Shown here in pieces: positions 58,709 through 64,000 of a stretch of DNA of 64,000 nt (its first letter is position 1; each line of letters opens with the position of its first letter). The notes below the pieces were generated by a model. The model saw only the letters and a list, made by a program, of their open reading frames with translations. It made no database searches and had not been told where the DNA came from. The position numbers and the translations under genes were made by a program. The stretch is from Coleofasciculus chthonoplastes F2-STO-03 (GTDB taxonomy: Bacteria > Cyanobacteriota > Cyanobacteriia > Cyanobacteriales > Coleofasciculaceae), in assembly GCA_040222015.1 (NCBI GenBank), contig JAVJWO010000047.1, positions 64,001 to 128,000 on the forward strand, written 5' to 3'.

Positions 58709-60784
58709 TCAGAAATTATCTTGATAAAATCGGTAAAATGAATAATCATCTTGGAATGCATAGTCATCAAGAACATGATGAATAATACCGCTATCAATGA
58801 AAATTTGTCCGATGCGAATCGCTTCTTGTCGAGAACTCTGAGTCCGTTGTGCTAGCCATTCCACGGCTTCTGCACCAATGAAGCATTGAGGATAAAGATT
58901 TCCTCGATAGCGACGATCTTTTATTTCCACACCATCTGCACCCCGCATCGCTGCAACTAATGCTTCAATTTCTGTCTCGGTTAGGGTTTTGGCTGGAGTG
59001 ATTGTCCGGGATACTGATCCGGATATCTCAGTCGTAGACGTGAGCGAGTCTTGCGGTTGAGAATGGGGAGTATGGTTGGATTGATTCTCATTCGCAGGCT
59101 CAATTGATCGAGGAGAAAATGTCGATGAATCCCGATCTAATAACAGATTGAAAATTTCGTCAAGTTTAGGCGATCGCAGATGTAAATCCCGTTGCGGAAA
59201 GGGAATCTCAATCCTATGATGTCGCAGACAGGCTTCAATCCGATAGTTGAGATCGCTTTTAACTTTAAACTGTTTCTTCGGTTCTCCAGTCCACACCAAT
59301 AAATCAAAGTCGAGGGAACTCTCCCCAAACCCCTGAAACCATACCTGAGGCGGCGGTTGCAGCAGCACTTCGGGATGATTTTTGATAGCTTCAAGTAAGG
59401 CGGTTTGCACTTTCTCGATATCTGAACCATACGCCACACCCACAGGAATCCGCAGCCGAGAAATCGGGTTCCCATGACTCCAGTTAATTACCTCAGTCTC
59501 TAAAAAGCGGGAGTTGGGTACGATAATGGTGACTTGATCTAACGTACAAATCTCCGTACTGCGTGCGCCGATGCGTTCTACGGTTCCCAGTAAATCACCC
59601 ACTTTGACAAAATCACCGATTTGGATGGGGCGTTCAAAGGTAATAATAATCCCGCTAATAAAGTTATTGGCAATATTCTGAACGCCAAAACCAATCCCTA
59701 CACCGAGAACACTGGCAAGAATGGTTAAAGACCCAACATCTAAACCCCAAATTTGTAACAGGACAATCCATCCGAGAAAGGTGAGAACATATTGAGTGAG
59801 GACAGTAATCACCTCTTGCAATCTGGGTTCAGCCCCGGTGTGGGCTAAGACATAGGATTTAAACAGCTTAGTCAGAAAACTAACCGCAAACCACAAGCAA
59901 ACAGTTAAGCCCAAAAGCAATAGTAATTCTAGGGCAGAATATTTACTACTACCTAAGCTAATCACAGGCGCATTGAGAATATCAAAAACCTTAGCGATAA
60001 AATCAAATAACTCATAGCGCCAAATCCGACTGGCGGGAAACAAATCGGTCACATAATAGGCGATCGCGATCCATAATCCGCCCTGTAACCCTAGTCGGGC
60101 AAGGCGTACCATGAATTGGGCGGGATCTTCCCAGGCGTGAAACGAGGAGGTGGGTTGTCCTAGCCACACTCTCAAGCGATGAGACACCCATTTTCCCAGA
60201 AACAGTAAACCAACATGAATCGCGATCGCAACCAGTATCGCCCCAAGGACAAAGCCTAACGCCTGACGAATATAGGCGGGCGATCGCTCAAATTCTGCTT
60301 GTACAAATGCCTTTTCCAGAATTCTCTGCCAAATTCGGGCTTGCTGAAGAGCCGTTAGTTCTGGTAGGACATCCTTGTCGGTTACAGTGAGTAAATGGTC
60401 TGACTCAAGCAAGGAAGGAATAGTTAGGGTGGTTTGATCCTCTGTCTGATTCACTTCAACGCTGACAGGTTGAGAGGATTGCACCGCTTGCGCCAAAATA
60501 TCGTTAATCCGCTTTGCCCGATTTTCGGCTGTATAGTTATTATTTAAACTTCTTACCTGTAGTAAAACGCGACCATCTAGCACGATGGGTGCTTTGTCAT
60601 TATGATTGGTTGGGGAGGTTTGGGCAAAGCTGGGAAATGGGTTCAGCGTCAGCAGTAGCGTCAGCAATGCCAACAGGATAAACCGCCAACGTTTTAGAGG
60701 GAGCCAACGTTTTAGAGGGAGCGGGAGCTGGGGGAGCTGGGGGAGCCGGGGGAGCTGAGGGAGCCGGGGGAGCTGAGGGAGCAT
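58709..60784 (-). CDS. MscS-family mechanosensitive channel with an N-terminal periplasmic domain and a C-terminal DEP domain
   Basis: LGVGIGFGVQNIANNFISG, ERPIQIGD, IVPNS, VGVAYGSD and IPFPQRDLH; DEP-like IKDRRYR...CFIGAEAVEWL...GIIHHV...FYRF. Confidence 0.88.
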   Translation of the reverse strand: MLPQLPRLPQLPRLPQLPQLPLPLKRWLPLKRWRFILLALLTLLLTLNPFPSFAQTSPTNHNDKAPIVLDGRVLLQVRSLNNNYTAENRAKRINDILAQAVQSSQPVSVEVNQTEDQTTLTIPSLLESDHLLTVTDKDVLPELTALQQARIWQRILEKAFVQAEFERSPAYIRQALGFVLGAILVAIAIHVGLLFLGKWVSHRLRVWLGQPTSSFHAWEDPAQFMVRLARLGLQGGLWIAIAYYVTDLFPASRIWRYELFDFIAKVFDILNAPVISLGSSKYSALELLLLLGLTVCLWFAVSFLTKLFKSYVLAHTGAEPRLQEVITVLTQYVLTFLGWIVLLQIWGLDVGSLTILASVLGVGIGFGVQNIANNFISGIIITFERPIQIGDFVKVGDLLGTVERIGARSTEICTLDQVTIIVPNSRFLETEVINWSHGNPISRLRIPVGVAYGSDIEKVQTALLEAIKNHPEVLLQPPPQVWFQGFGESSLDFDLLVWTGEPKKQFKVKSDLNYRIEACLRHHRIEIPFPQRDLHLRSPKLDEIFNLLLDRDSSTFSPRSIEPANENQSNHTPHSQPQDSLTSTTEISGSVSRTITPAKTLTETEIEALVAAMRGADGVEIKDRRYRGNLYPQCFIGAEAVEWLAQRTQSSRQEAIRIGQIFIDSGIIHHVLDDYAFQDDYSFYRFYQDNF
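60720..60783. repeat. 9-bp (GGGGGAGCT/C)n array in frame at the mscS 5' end
   Basis: Translates as (LPQ/LPR)n; a related array in the opposite orientation lies at 61459-61522. Confidence 0.8.
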
Positions 60785-60839
60785 TTTTAGGGATGGGTTA
60801 TTTTCACAAATGACTACTAGCGCCGGATTTAAGAAATCA

Positions 60840-61253
60840 CTAATTGGGTAAATTAATTGGATAAATTTGATGCTTCATAAGCCAGGGTGAAGGATTGTTG
60901 ATCATGTTGACGAAACCTGTTAAAACTTGGTTGTACGTTCCATAAACTTCTCGACCGACTTGAATATCCATATAGCTACATTTAACAGCAAACTCTATCC
61001 AAGTTTGAGTTTCAGCCGCTTCTGCTTCGCAGTCATTTAGTTTAGCGATGAAAGCAGCTTCATATCGTCTTTTACGCCAGGCTTCTGCTAGATTGGCACA
61101 AACTGAGCGAGAAGAACGACGAATCTGGTCAGTTAAAGAATATCGCTCCTCTACAGGAAATTTTTTGGATAACTCGAAAATTATCATGGCTGAATCAAAC
61201 GCCATCTTATAAACTTCTAAGTCTCTATGGCTTTTCAACATGTTTCTACTCAT
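60840..61253 (-). CDS. Four-helix-bundle protein (23S rRNA IVP-like family)
   Basis: RDLEVY, FPVEERYSLTDQIRRSSRSVCANLAEAW and EAAETQTW motifs. Confidence 0.9.
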   Translation of the reverse strand: MSRNMLKSHRDLEVYKMAFDSAMIIFELSKKFPVEERYSLTDQIRRSSRSVCANLAEAWRKRRYEAAFIAKLNDCEAEAAETQTWIEFAVKCSYMDIQVGREVYGTYNQVLTGFVNMINNPSPWLMKHQIYPINLPN

Positions 61254-61522
61254 CTTCCTCGACTAAACCAAATACTTACTACTCAAATAAACTATAAGTT
61301 GAATGTCACGCTCCTCGTATTCTGGTGGGCAATGCCCACCCTACTAGCTTGGCAAGGTTAAAACGGTGGTCAAGTATTTTCAAGGAACCCTTATGAGAGT
61401 AGCGATCCAGAAAAATTTTGCCCACAACTTTAAGCTTGCCAGCCTACTATGGTGTATCTTCCCCAGCTTCCCCAGCTTCCCCAGCTCCCCCAGCTTCCCC
61501 CGCTTCCCCCGCTTCCCCCGCT

Positions 61523-62071
61523 TCATTTCACCAGACGACTACTAGACGGCGCTGTGGGTGAAGGTTGAGGGCGCGATCGCTCTAAAATAGTGCTGGCTAC
61601 TGCCCATGCACCAAATGTGGTTAACAAGAGAACGCCTATCCCAATAGACCAAATCACTACTTTTTGTTGGGGGATAGACTTCACCGACGGTTTAAAACTG
61701 GCTACATTGGGACTCTGGGCGGTGGCGTTCAGGTCATTACTGTGGACTAAGGTGGCGGTCATTTTATAGGGACCCATCCGTAGGGTATCTTTAAACGAAA
61801 TCGGTTGATTGGCTTGACGCAGGGGTCGCCCATTCAGAAATGTACCGTTAGCACTGCGTTGATCGGTAATATAAATTTGGTTATTTGCCACCGTAATCAG
61901 GACATGAAACCGGGAGATCTCTGGGTTAGCCAGTTCTAACCGAGATACCGACTCTCCTCCCCAATACTCTGGCATTTGATCCAATTCTCGACCGATCGCG
62001 ATCGGTGCAGCTAAGAGCGATCGCTTGACTTCCCCCATTTCTGGATCTTCCCAGGTTAATTGAATATACAT
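61523..62071 (-). CDS. FHA domain protein with a C-terminal TM helix
   Basis: IGR, ISRFH and SANGTFLNG motifs; TM VVIWSIGIGVLLLTTFGAWAV. Confidence 0.88.
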   Translation of the reverse strand: MYIQLTWEDPEMGEVKRSLLAAPIAIGRELDQMPEYWGGESVSRLELANPEISRFHVLITVANNQIYITDQRSANGTFLNGRPLRQANQPISFKDTLRMGPYKMTATLVHSNDLNATAQSPNVASFKPSVKSIPQQKVVIWSIGIGVLLLTTFGAWAVASTILERSRPQPSPTAPSSSRLVK

Positions 62072-62314
62072 AGACGTGGTAGACCTCGAACACCTGCTAT
62101 AGTAATGGTTCCCGTTTTTTGAGTGATCGTGCAGGCATTCACCGAAACTGCAACGCCTGTTGTCACGTCAAGTTTTTTGGGTCGTCGATTCAACAATCGG
62201 GTAAAGGATTTTTGATAACGGTGATGATGATTTGATTCCTATCAAAATCATATCGTTAAAAATAATTACGATAATAGGTTAAGGATGCAGTTTTCCTGTA
62301 ACGAGGGGTAGGGT

Positions 62315-64000
62315 ATGAGTTTCAATCTTTTCCGTCGCTTTCAATCCACGAATACGGATCAACCCCTCGGTGGACGCTATAAAATCGAGCGTCAACTAGG
62401 AATAGGTGGATTTGGTCAAACCTTTCTGGCGCAAGATCTCCATTTACCTGGACACCCTCAATGTGTGATTAAGCAACTTAAACCGAAAACCACTGACCCC
62501 GCCAGCCTAGAAACCGCTAGACGCCTATTTGACACCGAAGCTCAAGTTCTCTATCAACTGGGTAATCATGACCAAATTCCCCGGCTGCTGGCACATTTTG
62601 AAGAGAATCAGGAATTTTATTTAGCACAAGAATTAATTCTTGGCAATCCCCTCACCCAGGAATTGAAAAAAGGTCAACAATGGTTAGAATCTAAAACCAT
62701 TGCCCTACTACAGGATATTCTCCAGGTTTTGGCGTATGTCCATGAGCAAAATGTCATTCATCGCGATATCAAACCCTCTAATCTGATTCGCCGCCAGCCG
62801 GATGGCAAAATTGTCTTGATTGACTTTGGTGCGGTAAAGCAAGTCACCACCCAATTTAGTCATCCTCAATCGGGACAAACCAATTTAACCATTTCCATTG
62901 GTACTCAAGGCTATGTTCCTAAAGAACAGTTGGGTGGACAACCCCGGTTTAGTAGTGATGTGTATGCGGTGGGTCTATTAGGGATTCAAGCCTTAACCGG
63001 GACACATCCTCGATTGCTGCGGGAAAATCCAGAGACGGGGGAAATTCAGTGGCGTGATTTAGCCCCTCATGTTAGTCTCAACTTGGCTGAAATTCTGGAT
63101 CAGATGATCCGGTATGATTTCCGCGATCGCTATCAAACTGCTACCGAAGCCTTAAACGCCCTACAACGTCTATCCAGCGATATTCCAGCCTCCGATACAA
63201 CGCAACGATTACCCGATTCCTCAGACACCACAGCATCGATTCCAGAACATTCAAAGCCTTCTCAAGAGCAGGAGAGAGGTTTGGAGAGAGGTCTTCCAGA
63301 TTCCCCAACTCCATCCCCATCAACCACCAGTAGCACTCAGTTACCCGAAACCTGGCGGAATTCCCAACCCGCATCAGGGAGTTCGGTTCCCACAATCGTT
63401 ACACCGGGTTCAAACCCAAAACGAGGGCTTAATCTTTGGTGGGTTGTAGCAATTTTAGGCATTGTCGGCGGAACGGCTGGAGTCGCGACAACACGGCTGA
63501 TTCCGCAGTTTACCAGCAAAACGACGAATCAGAGTCAGGAATTAACTGTTAATTCTGCGAACTCTGCAACTCAACCATCGCCCACATCATCCCCTGAACC
63601 TTCCCCCACGGATGAGACACCAACGAATCCCAGTTCAGACTCAGAGTCACCTACCTCTGAACAGCCTACTCCTGATACACCAAAAACAGGTGAACAACCG
63701 TCTCCTGTTCCTTCACCGGAATCAACTCCTTCCCCTTCTGTGAAAAAGTCACCCCCAGTAACTCAAAATCCTGCACCCCCCAAACCAGCAACGCCAACGC
63801 CAACTCCCGTAGCGCCAAAGCCAACCAAGGTTCAGCCAACACCATCACCCGTTCCATCGGCTTCTCCTTCCCCTAATACCGCCAACGCCAAAACCCATTG
63901 GCAACGCTGCTATGATTTAAACACCCAGCAGCGTCCCCAAGAAGCGATTCAGGCGTGCGATCGCGCTTTAGCCATTAATCCTGATTATCCGGAAGCCTTG
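62315..64000 (+). CDS. Hanks-type Ser/Thr protein kinase with TM helix, Pro-rich linker and start of a TPR region (partial; absent from the ORF track)
   Basis: Manual translation from ATG 62315: RYKIERQLGIGGFGQTFLA, CVIKQLK, HRDIKPSN, LIDFGAVK, SDVYAVG; TPR-like segment at the window end. Confidence 0.93.
   Translation, partial: MSFNLFRRFQSTNTDQPLGGRYKIERQLGIGGFGQTFLAQDLHLPGHPQCVIKQLKPKTTDPASLETARRLFDTEAQVLYQLGNHDQIPRLLAHFEENQEFYLAQELILGNPLTQELKKGQQWLESKTIALLQDILQVLAYVHEQNVIHRDIKPSNLIRRQPDGKIVLIDFGAVKQVTTQFSHPQSGQTNLTISIGTQGYVPKEQLGGQPRFSSDVYAVGLLGIQALTGTHPRLLRENPETGEIQWRDLAPHVSLNLAEILDQMIRYDFRDRYQTATEALNALQRLSSDIPASDTTQRLPDSSDTTASIPEHSKPSQEQERGLERGLPDSPTPSPSTTSSTQLPETWRNSQPASGSSVPTIVTPGSNPKRGLNLWWVVAILGIVGGTAGVATTRLIPQFTSKTTNQSQELTVNSANSATQPSPTSSPEPSPTDETPTNPSSDSESPTSEQPTPDTPKTGEQPSPVPSPESTPSPSVKKSPPVTQNPAPPKPATPTPTPVAPKPTKVQPTPSPVPSASPSPNTANAKTHWQRCYDLNTQQRPQEAIQACDRALAINPDYPEAL

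Noticed and set aside
60840..61253. Avd-like accessory gene of a diversity-generating retroelement
   Set aside because: No reverse transcriptase and no TR/VR pair in the window; stand-alone four-helix-bundle genes are common
63141..63857. Minus-strand ORFs near the window end and the many other short antisense ORFs in the track
   Set aside because: Shadows of well-supported genes on the opposite strand, here the Ser/Thr kinase

Overview
Chromosomal window from a cyanobacterium, probably a filamentous one: HIP1 GCGATCGC octamers are frequent, STRR heptamer arrays and GTAG-type REP hairpins fill the spacers, and ycf39 and an hpsE-like gene are present. Left to right: (1) ycf39 and pdxA; (2) a four-gene candidate conflict/defence locus (SLATT-SLATT-DRHyd/NDT-TPR-SLOG protein, LSDAT-type SLOG, a DUF4231/SLATT protein fused to a GH19 lysozyme-like domain, and a small coiled-coil protein); (3) a ~34 kb polysaccharide region containing a cellulose synthase operon (porin, TPR, bcsZ, bcsB, bcsA), ugd plus an intein-containing UDP-glucuronate decarboxylase, an IS608-like tnpB element, an Alg44-like protein with a degenerate EAL domain in place of PilZ, an Alg8-like synthase, a rearranged cargo hot-spot with duplicated gene ends, four glycosyltransferases, a sulfotransferase and a PL14 lyase; (4) lepA, a GAF histidine kinase, rph, an adenylate kinase and a CobA-like gene; (5) a pyrimidine-nucleotide cluster (fused thymidylate synthase, dCMP deaminase, a degenerate dCTP-deaminase/dUTPase-fold protein with a TM tail, and an NDT-fold hydrolase); (6) a two-component pair, an MscS-DEP channel, a four-helix-bundle protein, an FHA protein and a Ser/Thr kinase that runs off the end. 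I saw no rRNA, tRNA or CRISPR array. All family calls come from recognising motifs by eye, not from database searches.
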